Shown: positions 19,814 through 28,425 of the stretch, in pieces
Layout: every line of letters begins with the position of its first letter
Position numbering within the stretch: the first letter of the stretch is position 1
DNA from: an uncultured virus (IMG/VR IMGVR_UViG_3300024507_000366)
Lineage: Duplodnaviria; Heunggongvirae; Uroviricota; Caudoviricetes
Reading direction: 5' to 3' (one strand)
IMG/VR virus record: IMGVR_UViG_3300024507_000366
DNA: 64,000 nucleotides
Position numbers and translations under genes: made by a program
The notes under the pieces: generated by a model
Told to the model about the DNA's origin: nothing
Seen by the model: the letters and a program-made list of their open reading frames with translations, nothing else
Database searches by the model: none

Positions 19814-20741
19814 GGAGGAGATGGTTAATGAGATCAGGTTAGTTATTGAAGGTAAGCTTGGCGCCGAAATTACTTCAATAGAAAAAAGATCTACTGAGGT
19901 TCTTTACGACTCTTACTTTGCAATCAGCGATAAAAAGCCGCTATTGATTAAAGTTAACCTGTCGCCAGAAATGCCCAATTTTTGGAAAGAGTTGGTCCAA
20001 TATAATTTTCCTTTTCATCCAAAGATAGTTTGCGCCTCGGATGAATATTCGATCAATAAATTTATTTGTTTCGAGCTTCCAAGGGGGATTTTTCTTTCTG
20101 ACATTTCGAACTATCCGTTAAGTTCAAGATTAAATTTGGTGTCAGATTTTGCGAGAGACGTTAAGAAAATGCACCAGACGAAGATAAAGGATGAGGATGA
20201 TACGCTTCGCATTTTTAATGCAATGTGTCCATTTGAAGCATCGATGATTTATGACACATTTCCTTTGGCCCAGTTAGTTGGGACAATGAGGTCCGTATTC
20301 AAAGGACTTTACAAATCAGACTTGCAAGATTGCGGGCTTGCACACTTTGACATTTGTCCAGAAAATGTTATCCAGTCAAATAAAGAATTTAAATTCTTAA
20401 ATTTTGAATACGCTGGCAATGCAAACATTTACATTGATATCTGGATGATGCAGCAGACAATGAACGCTTCGGATCAAAACTTTCTGAATTTTATTGATCA
20501 CTACGAACTTAACAAAACAAAGCTGCATTCATACAGGGAAGCGGCTGACTTATTCTCTTTTGCTTATTTTAATTCAAAGATTATTGCCGAGTATATGACA
20601 TTTGGCGTTAGGAATCATATTAAATTAAGATACTGGATAAACAAATCTGAAGCCTGCTATTCTCCTGTCGCGCATAAACTTTTTATCGAAAAAAAACTAG
20701 ACAATAAGATACGTCAGTTCTATAATTTGTGGAAACAATAA
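19752..20741 (+). CDS. Choline/aminoglycoside kinase-like protein
   Basis: HFDICPENV...FLNFEYAG..N..ID resembles HxDLxxxN...IDWEYAG. Confidence 0.55.
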   Translation: MENQKNFVQHVIQSNDILPIEEEMVNEIRLVIEGKLGAEITSIEKRSTEVLYDSYFAISDKKPLLIKVNLSPEMPNFWKELVQYNFPFHPKIVCASDEYSINKFICFELPRGIFLSDISNYPLSSRLNLVSDFARDVKKMHQTKIKDEDDTLRIFNAMCPFEASMIYDTFPLAQLVGTMRSVFKGLYKSDLQDCGLAHFDICPENVIQSNKEFKFLNFEYAGNANIYIDIWMMQQTMNASDQNFLNFIDHYELNKTKLHSYREAADLFSFAYFNSKIIAEYMTFGVRNHIKLRYWINKSEACYSPVAHKLFIEKKLDNKIRQFYNLWKQ

Positions 20742-20742
20742 T

Positions 20743-20979
20743 ATGAACAATAAGAACAATCGCGCAATCACTACGATTCAAAATACCGCAGGCCGCTTTT
20801 TTGGCCTTGAGACTGCTACTGAAATTATTAACGCTCGCCTTGTCGAGTTTGGCCCCTCGCTTATCACCGTGGAGGACCGTAACTCTGGAACCAATCGACG
20901 CTTCGCTAAGAATCAAATCACAGCTGTAACTTTTAAGGGACGAAGAATCACTGCTGTTCCTAATAAGCCCCGAGCTTAA
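20743..20979 (+). CDS. Small basic hypothetical protein
   Basis: Clean ORF followed by terminator. Confidence 0.65.
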   Translation: MNNKNNRAITTIQNTAGRFFGLETATEIINARLVEFGPSLITVEDRNSGTNRRFAKNQITAVTFKGRRITAVPNKPRA

Positions 20980-21003
20980 TTAAAATTAACCCCTAAAACC
21001 ACT

Positions 21004-21032
21004 GAGCCGAATGCAAATTCGGCTCTTTTTTT
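21004..21032 (+). terminator. Intrinsic terminator
   Basis: GAGCCGAAT-GCAA-ATTCGGCTC followed by T7. Confidence 0.9.
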
Positions 21033-21033
21033 A

Positions 21034-21039
21034 GTGTAA
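21034..21039 (+). promoter_or_regulatory. GTGTAA motif, candidate late promoter
   Basis: Immediately after the terminator, 10 nt before ATG 21050. Confidence 0.75.
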
Positions 21040-21049
21040 ATACTAAGGT

Positions 21050-21454
21050 ATGAATCTCACCTCATTAGCGCCCGCAGGATTGGTAAGCGCCCAAAGCCCA
21101 CTTACAGACCCAGTTATTATTGGGACAATAAAGGAAGACATCTACACAATCAATGACGGCGTTGGGTTTGAAGTTGATCCGGGCAACGGGTCGATTCAAT
21201 TGGTTGCTCTTGCTGCCAACCGCAGTCCACAAGCTACTAACTTTCTTGCGGGCGAAAGTGTTACTTTGATGGTAGATGATGGCAGCGGCTACGCTTTGAC
21301 TTGGACAGGAGCAACTTGGGGCACGGGCTCAATTAGCGGTGTTAGCTGGGTTGGTGGCAACGCGCCAGTTTTAGCGGCGACTGGGTACACTGTATTGCAG
21401 TTTTGGAAGATCGACACTAGAATTTACGGCGCTTTAGTTGGTAATGTTTTATGA
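21050..21454 (+). CDS. Short tail-fibre C-terminal/adapter-like protein
   Basis: DPGNGSIQ...GESVTLMV...VSWVGGNAP..A.TG..V..FW motif typical of fibre C-termini; 17-aa leader. Confidence 0.55.
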   Translation: MNLTSLAPAGLVSAQSPLTDPVIIGTIKEDIYTINDGVGFEVDPGNGSIQLVALAANRSPQATNFLAGESVTLMVDDGSGYALTWTGATWGTGSISGVSWVGGNAPVLAATGYTVLQFWKIDTRIYGALVGNVL

Positions 21455-23499
21455 GGCACCACTTCGTAAGAAGTTTAGCTGGGTCAAGAGATCCAAATTT
21501 TAAAAATGTAACCTTGTTGTTGCACGGAGATGGAACAAACGGGGGACAGAATAATACATTTTTAGACAGTAGCGCGAGCAATAACGCTATTACCAGAACT
21601 GGAAATGTAACACAGGGATCATTTAGCCCATACGGAGATAGGTGGAGTAATTATTTTGATGGAACAGGCGATTATTTAGTTACTGCCGCTAATACTGCTT
21701 TCCAGCTAGGAACTGGAGATTTTTCAGTTGATCTTTGGTTTTATCAAATTGGCAGCACAGCCAGTATTGGAACTCGCGCTATTTTTGGTATAGGGAATAA
21801 TGGGCAAACTGGAGATATTCAACTTTTTAATTGGTGGCCCTTTGGAGGTAATCCAGCAAATACACTAGCATTAAATTCATCTGCTGGTGGCACACTTGTA
21901 GTTACAAATACCGCTTATATCCCAAATACTTGGAATCATGTTGCAATTTCTAGAGCCTCTGGAGTAGTTTCTATTTATTTAAATGGTGTTCGTGTAGCTA
22001 ATGCCAGTTTTACAACCAATGCTTCGTACAATATATTAACAATTGGGCGCCCTTATACTAATTTAAGTCAGGAACATTGGCTTGGTTACATTTCAAACTT
22101 TCGTTTAGTTAAAGGAGTGGCGCTTTATTCTGGGACAAATATTAATGTTCCAACCTCTCCACTTTCTGCTATTGCGAATACATCCATATTAACTTGTCAA
22201 TCCAATCGCTTTCGCGACGCTAGCTCTAACAACTTTACCATCACCCGCAATGGCGATGTTTCTGTTCAACGTTTTTCCCCACTCTCTCCAGACGCAGAAT
22301 ACAGAACAGATAGAATTGCAGGCAGTGCATATTTTGATGGGAGTGATTACTTACTTGCGGCAAACAGAGCGCTAAGACTTGCATCTGGATTTTTTACAGC
22401 AGAATGCTGGGTTTACTTAAGTAGTTCTCCAGCAAGTGATTTTTCTGGATATACAATATTTTCTGATTATTATTGGAGCGGCGGTAACACTGGAGGGTAT
22501 TTTGTTACTATCGGGAATAATGGCAAAGTTAATTTATTTGCCTCTTCTGGAACTTTCAACACACAGTCCTCTAATATTTTAGCTTCAAACAATTCTATAA
22601 CTCATGGACAATGGAATCATATTGCAATTGTTAGAGGCGCGGGAGACTTAATAAATATATACATAAACGGAGTATCAACTACAACACCAATCGCTAGAAC
22701 TTCCCTACAACTTTCTAGCGGTGGCGCTGGAAATCATCAAAGTATGGTAGGCGCTAGAGTACATGATACTGTTAGTATATATGGCGGATTTATTGGAATT
22801 ATTTCTGATGTAAGAGTAATAAATGGCAAATGTTTATATACTGCCAATTTCACCCCGCCAACTGAACCTTTGACAGCTATTCCAGAAACAACATTCTTGG
22901 GCAGATTCGCTAACGGATCTATTGTGGATAATGCGATGATGAATAATTGGGAGACTGTAAACAGTACACAAATTAGCACAAGTATTAAAAAATACGGAAC
23001 TGGATCTATATATAATCCAGCAGGCTCATCTTTAAGAGTAAACTCAATTGCTCCAAATGCTTTTGGCACGGGCGACTTTACTGTTGAATTTTGGCTTTAT
23101 CCACTTGGCACTCAATTTGGAACTCCAATATCAAATTGGACTGGACCCGGCAACTGGGCTTTCTTATTTGAAGGCCAGCAAATAACATTTTCTGGGCCGG
23201 CTGCTGGATATCAAGTTTTTGTAAAAGATCCTACAAATATAACACTAAACCAATGGACTCATATTGCAGTTAGCAGAGCTTCTGGAACGATGAGACTTTT
23301 TAGAAATGGAATTGTTGTGGCATCTGCTGCTAACTCGACCAATTTTACTGCTGCTGGGCAATTATCTATTGGCAGTTTATATGGAGATGGTGCTTCTTGG
23401 CAATTTAACGGCTATTTTGATGATATAAGAATAACATCTGGCATAGCCAGATACACTTCGGATTTCGCCCCACCCACAGCCCCACTTCCTGACTTTTAA
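21451..23499 (+). CDS. Triple LamG/concanavalin-like virion lectin (receptor-binding candidate)
   Basis: VTLLLHGDG; three repeats of GDFTVEFW...WxHIAxxR...GYxxDxR. Confidence 0.8.
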   Translation: MRHHFVRSLAGSRDPNFKNVTLLLHGDGTNGGQNNTFLDSSASNNAITRTGNVTQGSFSPYGDRWSNYFDGTGDYLVTAANTAFQLGTGDFSVDLWFYQIGSTASIGTRAIFGIGNNGQTGDIQLFNWWPFGGNPANTLALNSSAGGTLVVTNTAYIPNTWNHVAISRASGVVSIYLNGVRVANASFTTNASYNILTIGRPYTNLSQEHWLGYISNFRLVKGVALYSGTNINVPTSPLSAIANTSILTCQSNRFRDASSNNFTITRNGDVSVQRFSPLSPDAEYRTDRIAGSAYFDGSDYLLAANRALRLASGFFTAECWVYLSSSPASDFSGYTIFSDYYWSGGNTGGYFVTIGNNGKVNLFASSGTFNTQSSNILASNNSITHGQWNHIAIVRGAGDLINIYINGVSTTTPIARTSLQLSSGGAGNHQSMVGARVHDTVSIYGGFIGIISDVRVINGKCLYTANFTPPTEPLTAIPETTFLGRFANGSIVDNAMMNNWETVNSTQISTSIKKYGTGSIYNPAGSSLRVNSIAPNAFGTGDFTVEFWLYPLGTQFGTPISNWTGPGNWAFLFEGQQITFSGPAAGYQVFVKDPTNITLNQWTHIAVSRASGTMRLFRNGIVVASAANSTNFTAAGQLSIGSLYGDGASWQFNGYFDDIRITSGIARYTSDFAPPTAPLPDF

Positions 23500-23501
23500 T
23501 T

Positions 23502-23984
23502 ATGAATATCGCCATCATCAACAATGGTCAAGTCACTCAAGTTGGTGACTACAGAGCTTTATTTCCCAACACCAGCTTTCCGCCTAGCGGCCCCAACGAC
23601 CTTTTCCTTTCTGAGAATAATGCAATGAAGGTTAATCTCTGGAAGGAGTATAATCCAGCCACTGAAAAACTTGTCAGCTGTGAGCCTTACATTGAGAACG
23701 GTTGGGTTTATACAGTAACGGTTCAAGCTTTGACGCCAGAAGAGATCGCGGAGCGCGACATTGTCCCACCTTACAGAGTCACTAAGGATACCATTACTAG
23801 CAGAGTTTTGGAAGCCAATAAACTACCTGACTTGATGGCGCTGATAGCTTCGCTACCCGCAGAGCAGAAGTTTCTTTGGGAAGGTTTCTCTTGGTTTTGG
23901 AATAATAATCAAACAGTTCGCGGTATGGCGACCCAGATTGGGCTGGACCCAGAAGTTGTTTTGGCGCCAGATCCTTATCTTTAA
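23502..23984 (+). CDS. Fibre-associated/assembly chaperone-like protein
   Basis: LFPNTSFP...CEPYI; position directly after the lectin gene. Confidence 0.5.
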   Translation: MNIAIINNGQVTQVGDYRALFPNTSFPPSGPNDLFLSENNAMKVNLWKEYNPATEKLVSCEPYIENGWVYTVTVQALTPEEIAERDIVPPYRVTKDTITSRVLEANKLPDLMALIASLPAEQKFLWEGFSWFWNNNQTVRGMATQIGLDPEVVLAPDPYL

Positions 23985-23988
23985 TTCG

Positions 23989-23994
23989 GTGTAA
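23989..23994 (+). promoter_or_regulatory. GTGTAA motif, candidate late promoter
   Basis: GGTGTAAA 9 nt before ATG 24004. Confidence 0.7.
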
Positions 23995-24003
23995 ATATAA
24001 AGT

Positions 24004-24138
24004 ATGAATCTTTCTACTGCAATTCCTGCTGGATTAGTTGGCCCTCAAGGTGCCGCTGGCACATCAGGCACCAGTGGAACGAGCGGCACCGCACCAGACG
24101 ATGACCAAAACGTCATCGCAAACCAAGTCTTTAGCTAA
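24004..24138 (+). CDS. 44-aa peptide absent from the ORF track (leader + GTS repeats + DDDQNVIANQVFS)
   Basis: MNLSTAIPAGLVGPQGAAGTSGTSGTSGTAPDDDQNVIANQVFS; N-terminus homologous to ORF 21050; has its own GTGTAA motif. Confidence 0.75.
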   Translation: MNLSTAIPAGLVGPQGAAGTSGTSGTSGTAPDDDQNVIANQVFS

Positions 24139-24146
24139 TTTAAAAA

Positions 24147-24509
24147 ATGGCAACATTCTCAAAAGTACTCTTATCGGGCTCAACCCAAGGCAAAGCCATT
24201 AAAGTTGCAGCCACAACATCAACCGGCACCACAATTCACGCGACTGGCACATCGTCCTCAGTTATTGATGAGGTGTGGCTGTATGCATATAATTCATCAG
24301 CTAGCGCAGTTGTACTCACGATTCAATACGGTGGAACCACTGCGGTTGACAATGATATTAAATTAACTATTCCCGCAACTTCTGGATTGACGCTAGTTGT
24401 GCCCGGTTTAATATTAACTGGTACAGGTTCTGCCGCAAATACAGTTTATGCTTATGCTGGAACAACAAATGTTATTACAATTTCTGGTTACGTTAATAGA
24501 ATTTCATAA
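24147..24509 (+). CDS. Virion adapter-like beta protein
   Basis: MATFSKVLLSGSTQGK...DEVWLYAYN...ISGYVNRI; Thr/Ser-rich. Confidence 0.55.
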   Translation: MATFSKVLLSGSTQGKAIKVAATTSTGTTIHATGTSSSVIDEVWLYAYNSSASAVVLTIQYGGTTAVDNDIKLTIPATSGLTLVVPGLILTGTGSAANTVYAYAGTTNVITISGYVNRIS

Positions 24510-25408
24510 TGGCTAATCCGTTAAAAAGAGCGGTTTCTTCCAGTCAAGTGTCAGACTGGTTTTCTTCATCGAGTTCAATATCGACGCCTTCTAGAAGACA
24601 GAGTTTTCAAGTTGAGTACTTGGTTGTCTCTGGCGGCGGCGGTGGCGGCGCCGTCAATTCTTCTAATGGAAGTGCTGGTGGAGGAGGTGGAGGAGGCTTA
24701 TTAATTGGAGCTTTAACTTTAAATTTAAATCAATCTTACTCTATTACAGTTGGTGCAGGAGGGGCTGGAAATACGAAAACAGGAGATTTTAGAGGCACCA
24801 ATGGAACTGACTCAATTTTTTCATCTGTATCAACTAATGGCGGGGGAGGCGGTGGATCAGGCGACAGTGGTACTCGTCTCGGTAAATCGGGAGGCTCTGG
24901 TGGCGGAACTGGATATAACGGAGGATCTACTGGTGGAGCAGGCAATACGCCTCCAACTACTCCAAGTCAGGGCAATAATGGCGGCGGCGGCGGGCCAGCA
25001 GGCTCACCCTATGGCGGTGGTGGTGGCGGTGGTGCGGGCGCTGTTGGAGCATCTGGTCACGGTGGAGGAGGCGGCAATGGCTCGATTTCTTCTATAACTG
25101 GCGCAGCGGTATATTACGCTGGTGGCGGTGGTGGAGGTAACGAAGGAGCTTCTGCTGGAAGTGGCGGATTTGGTGGCGGTGGAAATGGAACAAGAAGCGG
25201 CTCTGGCATTAACGGAACGCAAAACTTAGGTGGCGGTGGTGGCGGAGCGGGCGGCGTTGCAGGCGGAAACGGAGGTAACGGCGGCTCTGGAGTAGTGATT
25301 TTAAAAAGTTCATTTCAGGCAACCTCTACCACTGGTTCCCCTAGCTTGACTACTAGTGAAGGATATTACATTTACACATTTAATTCTAGCGGGAGTATAA
25401 CTTTTTAA
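24509..25408 (+). CDS. Glycine-rich domain protein (fibre/adhesin)
   Basis: VEYLVVSGGGGGG...GGSGVVI...IYTFNSSGSITF. Confidence 0.75.
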   Translation: MANPLKRAVSSSQVSDWFSSSSSISTPSRRQSFQVEYLVVSGGGGGGAVNSSNGSAGGGGGGGLLIGALTLNLNQSYSITVGAGGAGNTKTGDFRGTNGTDSIFSSVSTNGGGGGGSGDSGTRLGKSGGSGGGTGYNGGSTGGAGNTPPTTPSQGNNGGGGGPAGSPYGGGGGGGAGAVGASGHGGGGGNGSISSITGAAVYYAGGGGGGNEGASAGSGGFGGGGNGTRSGSGINGTQNLGGGGGGAGGVAGGNGGNGGSGVVILKSSFQATSTTGSPSLTTSEGYYIYTFNSSGSITF

Positions 25409-25774
25409 ATGGCTCATTTCGCAAAAATCGACGACGATAATATTGTTCAACAAGTAATTGTTGTATCTAACAGCGATTGTCTTGATTCCAACGGGCAAGA
25501 AAGTGAAGCTATTGGCATAGCTTTTTGCCAAAATCTTTTTGGCGGCGGTCGCTGGGTCCAAACTTCTTATAACAATAATATTCGTGTGCGCTATGCTGGA
25601 ATTGGTTACCGCTACGACGAAGTTCGCGACGCTTTCATCGCCCCTCAACCTTATTTATCTTGGACTTTTAATGAAACAACATTAGACTGGCAGGCACCGA
25701 TTCCATATCCAAACGATGGCAAGGTTTATGTATGGAACGAACCAACTCTTCAATGGATAGAAGTTCCAGTGTAA
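25409..25774 (+). CDS. Fibre-associated small protein
   Basis: MAHFAKID...WVQTSYNNNIR..YAGIGY.YD...DAFIAPQPY.SW; directly follows the Gly-rich gene. Confidence 0.65.
   Translation: MAHFAKIDDDNIVQQVIVVSNSDCLDSNGQESEAIGIAFCQNLFGGGRWVQTSYNNNIRVRYAGIGYRYDEVRDAFIAPQPYLSWTFNETTLDWQAPIPYPNDGKVYVWNEPTLQWIEVPV
25769..25774 (+). promoter_or_regulatory. GTGTAA motif, candidate late promoter
   Basis: Doubles as Val-stop of the upstream gene; 9 nt before ATG 25784. Confidence 0.65.
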
Positions 25775-25783
25775 ATTTAATAT

Positions 25784-25996
25784 ATGCCACTACCAACTCC
25801 TAAGAAAAATCAAGAAGAAGACGATTTCATCTCGTCCTGTATGGGTTCCGAGACAATGAACAAAGAGTACCCAAATCAAAAGCAGCGCGCTGCGATTTGC
25901 TACTCCCAATACCGCCGTAAGAAGAAAAAGGCGCAAGGTTCAATGGACGAAACCAAGTGGGACGAGGGTGACGTTTCTCGCGTTATTATCGAATAA
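25784..25996 (+). CDS. Small phage head-associated-type protein
   Basis: MPLPTP...DFISSCM...EYP..KQRAAICYSQ module. Confidence 0.55.
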   Translation: MPLPTPKKNQEEDDFISSCMGSETMNKEYPNQKQRAAICYSQYRRKKKKAQGSMDETKWDEGDVSRVIIE

Positions 25997-26047
25997 AAGT
26001 TCTTTAAATCAGAACGGGCGCATTTATCATCGTTAAACTGATGATTT

Positions 26048-26512
26048 ATGCGCCTTAATTTTTATAAACCCAACAAGTCGAATACAGGTACAGCGGTATC
26101 TTTTAACACATCTTATAAGGACAAGGATCAGACAAAAGGCGAAGCTCCAGATCTTTACGTAAGCTTCGTCAAGCAGGCAGGATGGAACGAGCAGACCCGC
26201 AAGGGCTCATTCTCAGAAAACGCCAAAAACCCAGAGAAGACTGCGGCGCTAAAGCTTAACGAGACAGAGGCGGCATCGATTATTCGTGCAGTAAGGTGCT
26301 CGTCTAAGTTCTCTACTGTTCACGCTTATCAGGGCTCAACAACATCAATTATGTTTGGGCCGTATCAAAAGAAGAGTGGCGAAGACGCTTTCTCATTTAG
26401 TATCAAGAAGGGTGAGCAATCCTTCCTGATCGGCTTTGAGCTTGGTGAGGCCGAGCTTATTGCTCAGTATATGGAAAACTATCTTCGCGTTTTCTTTGAG
26501 TGTTCAGTATGA
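26048..26512 (+). CDS. Putative ssDNA-binding protein (PC4/Whirly-like)
   Basis: Two beta-beta-beta-helix repeats (KLNETEAASII; FELGEAELI); fold assignment is tentative. Confidence 0.4.
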   Translation: MRLNFYKPNKSNTGTAVSFNTSYKDKDQTKGEAPDLYVSFVKQAGWNEQTRKGSFSENAKNPEKTAALKLNETEAASIIRAVRCSSKFSTVHAYQGSTTSIMFGPYQKKSGEDAFSFSIKKGEQSFLIGFELGEAELIAQYMENYLRVFFECSV

Positions 26513-28425
26513 AAAAGACCGTAGTTCTCCACAGTAATCACAGCAGAGCTTTTACAGGTTTTGGCAAGAATATGCGAAATGTTCTTCGCTATTTGCATAA
26601 GACTGGTAAGTACAATCTTGTTGAGTTTGCCAATGCAAAAACTAAAGACTCTGAAGAGCTAAAAACATTACCGTGGAGAGCTTACGGTACACTGCCAGAA
26701 AACAGTAAACTGCAATCGTTTGGCGGCGATCAAACCAAGATCAGAACTGCGGCTTATGGTCTGTATGAGATTGACGGTTTAATGAAAGAGGTCAAGCCTG
26801 ATTTCTATATCGGCATTGAGGATATCTGGGCCTTGGCTCCGTTAGTCGAAAAGAAGTGGTGGAACCAAAACTGTATGATTTGGACAACCTTGGACTCCCT
26901 GCCCATTTATCCAGATGCGCTCAAAATGATTCCCAAGGTAAATCATTATTATGCTTGGGCCTCCTTTGTTTCCAAGGAGGTCAAACGTCTTGGTTATGAT
27001 GAAGGCGCAATCAAAACACTTAGAGGAGCGGGCGAGACTTCTGCCTTTTACAGACTTAGCGACGAGAATCGCGCCGCTCTGAGAAAAGAGTTTAATCTGT
27101 CTGATGAGTTCATCATTGGCTTCGTGTTCCGAAATCAGCTTCGCAAAAGCGTGCCAAACCTCCTGCAAGGCTTCAAGATCTTCAAGGATAAGAACCCCAA
27201 GGTAAAAGCCAAGCTTTTGCTTCACACCCACTGGTCAGAAGGCTGGGACATTCCTCGCTTGATCAAGGATGCCGGTATTGAAAACTCGGACGTTCTCACC
27301 ACCTACTTCTGCAAAAGCTGCAAGCAGTTTGAAGTGAAGCCGTTTATCGGCCAAAAGATTCAGTGCAGATACTGTGGCGCCAAAGGAACTGTCGAAACCA
27401 CAAATATATCAGACGGAGTATCAGAAGCACAGCTTAACGAAATATATAACTTAATGGATGTTTACTGCCATCCGTTCACTAGTGGTGGGCAGGAGATTCC
27501 AATCACAGAAGCTAAACTAACAGAGCTTGTCACCTTAGTAACAAACTATTCTTGTGGCGAAGACTTCTCCACGGAAGAGAGCGGCGGTATCCCATTGAAT
27601 TGGAAACCTTATTACGAACCAGGTAGTAATTTTATTAAAGCTACCACTCTTCCAGAATCAATTGCCGAAAAGCTTGAGAGGGTATATAAGATGAGTCCTT
27701 CCAAGCGCGCCGAGATGGGTAAGGTTGGACGACGATTCGTAATCGACAACTTGTCTGCCGAAATTATTGGCAAACAGTTGGAAAAAATCATCGATGAAGC
27801 TCCTCAAGTTGAGTGGGATTTTAATACTTCTTTTGTGCCCCGCGACCCAAGCTACAATGGCAAAGAAGAACTTCAGAACTTAGACTGGGTCATTGACCTG
27901 TACGCCAACATTTTAAAGGTCAAGGTGGACCCAAATGACGACGGCGTAAAAAGCTGGATGAGCCAGCTAAACAATGGAATCCCCCGCGAGCAAATTCTAA
28001 ACTACTTTAAAAACGTTGGCGCGAAAGAGAATCAAGAAAACATCAAAATTGAGTTCTCTGATGTACTGGATAAGAATGATAAAGGTCGAAGAATCTTATT
28101 TGTAATGCCAGAAAGTGCGGGAGATGTATTCCTATCCACTTCTTTACTACCCTCGATCAAGAAGCTTTATCCAGATTTTAATATTTATTTTGCAACTAAA
28201 CCTGAATATTTAAATATCCTAGAGGGTAATCCACTAATCCACAAAACCATTGTGTTTAGTCCTTTTATGGAAAACCTCTTAACAATGGAAGGTCACGGCG
28301 CTTATGAAGGCTACTTTAATCTTGCTTACCTACCTCACTTTGGCACCCAAAAGCTTTTTGACTATCAGCACAATGGTGCCGATCTTATCGAATTAAATCT
28401 CTATTCCGAAAATGCACATTCTTGA
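26509..28425 (+). CDS. GT4-like glycosyltransferase + Zn ribbon + DUF4214-like + GT9 N-terminal half
   Basis: TGFG, RNQLRK, YNLMDVYCHPFTSGGQEIPITEA; CKSC/CRYC; ESAGDVFLSTSLL...GNPLI. Confidence 0.75.
   Translation: MKKTVVLHSNHSRAFTGFGKNMRNVLRYLHKTGKYNLVEFANAKTKDSEELKTLPWRAYGTLPENSKLQSFGGDQTKIRTAAYGLYEIDGLMKEVKPDFYIGIEDIWALAPLVEKKWWNQNCMIWTTLDSLPIYPDALKMIPKVNHYYAWASFVSKEVKRLGYDEGAIKTLRGAGETSAFYRLSDENRAALRKEFNLSDEFIIGFVFRNQLRKSVPNLLQGFKIFKDKNPKVKAKLLLHTHWSEGWDIPRLIKDAGIENSDVLTTYFCKSCKQFEVKPFIGQKIQCRYCGAKGTVETTNISDGVSEAQLNEIYNLMDVYCHPFTSGGQEIPITEAKLTELVTLVTNYSCGEDFSTEESGGIPLNWKPYYEPGSNFIKATTLPESIAEKLERVYKMSPSKRAEMGKVGRRFVIDNLSAEIIGKQLEKIIDEAPQVEWDFNTSFVPRDPSYNGKEELQNLDWVIDLYANILKVKVDPNDDGVKSWMSQLNNGIPREQILNYFKNVGAKENQENIKIEFSDVLDKNDKGRRILFVMPESAGDVFLSTSLLPSIKKLYPDFNIYFATKPEYLNILEGNPLIHKTIVFSPFMENLLTMEGHGAYEGYFNLAYLPHFGTQKLFDYQHNGADLIELNLYSENAHS

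Noticed and set aside
24509..25408. GGC/GGT repeats as a tandem repeat or CRISPR array
   Set aside because: They are poly-Gly coding with varied third positions. No repeat-spacer array is visible anywhere in the window.
21050..25774. Diversity-generating retroelement or invertible shufflon acting on the adhesin cassettes
   Set aside because: No reverse transcriptase, invertase, inverted repeats or near-identical TR/VR pair was seen; similarity is limited to the short leader.
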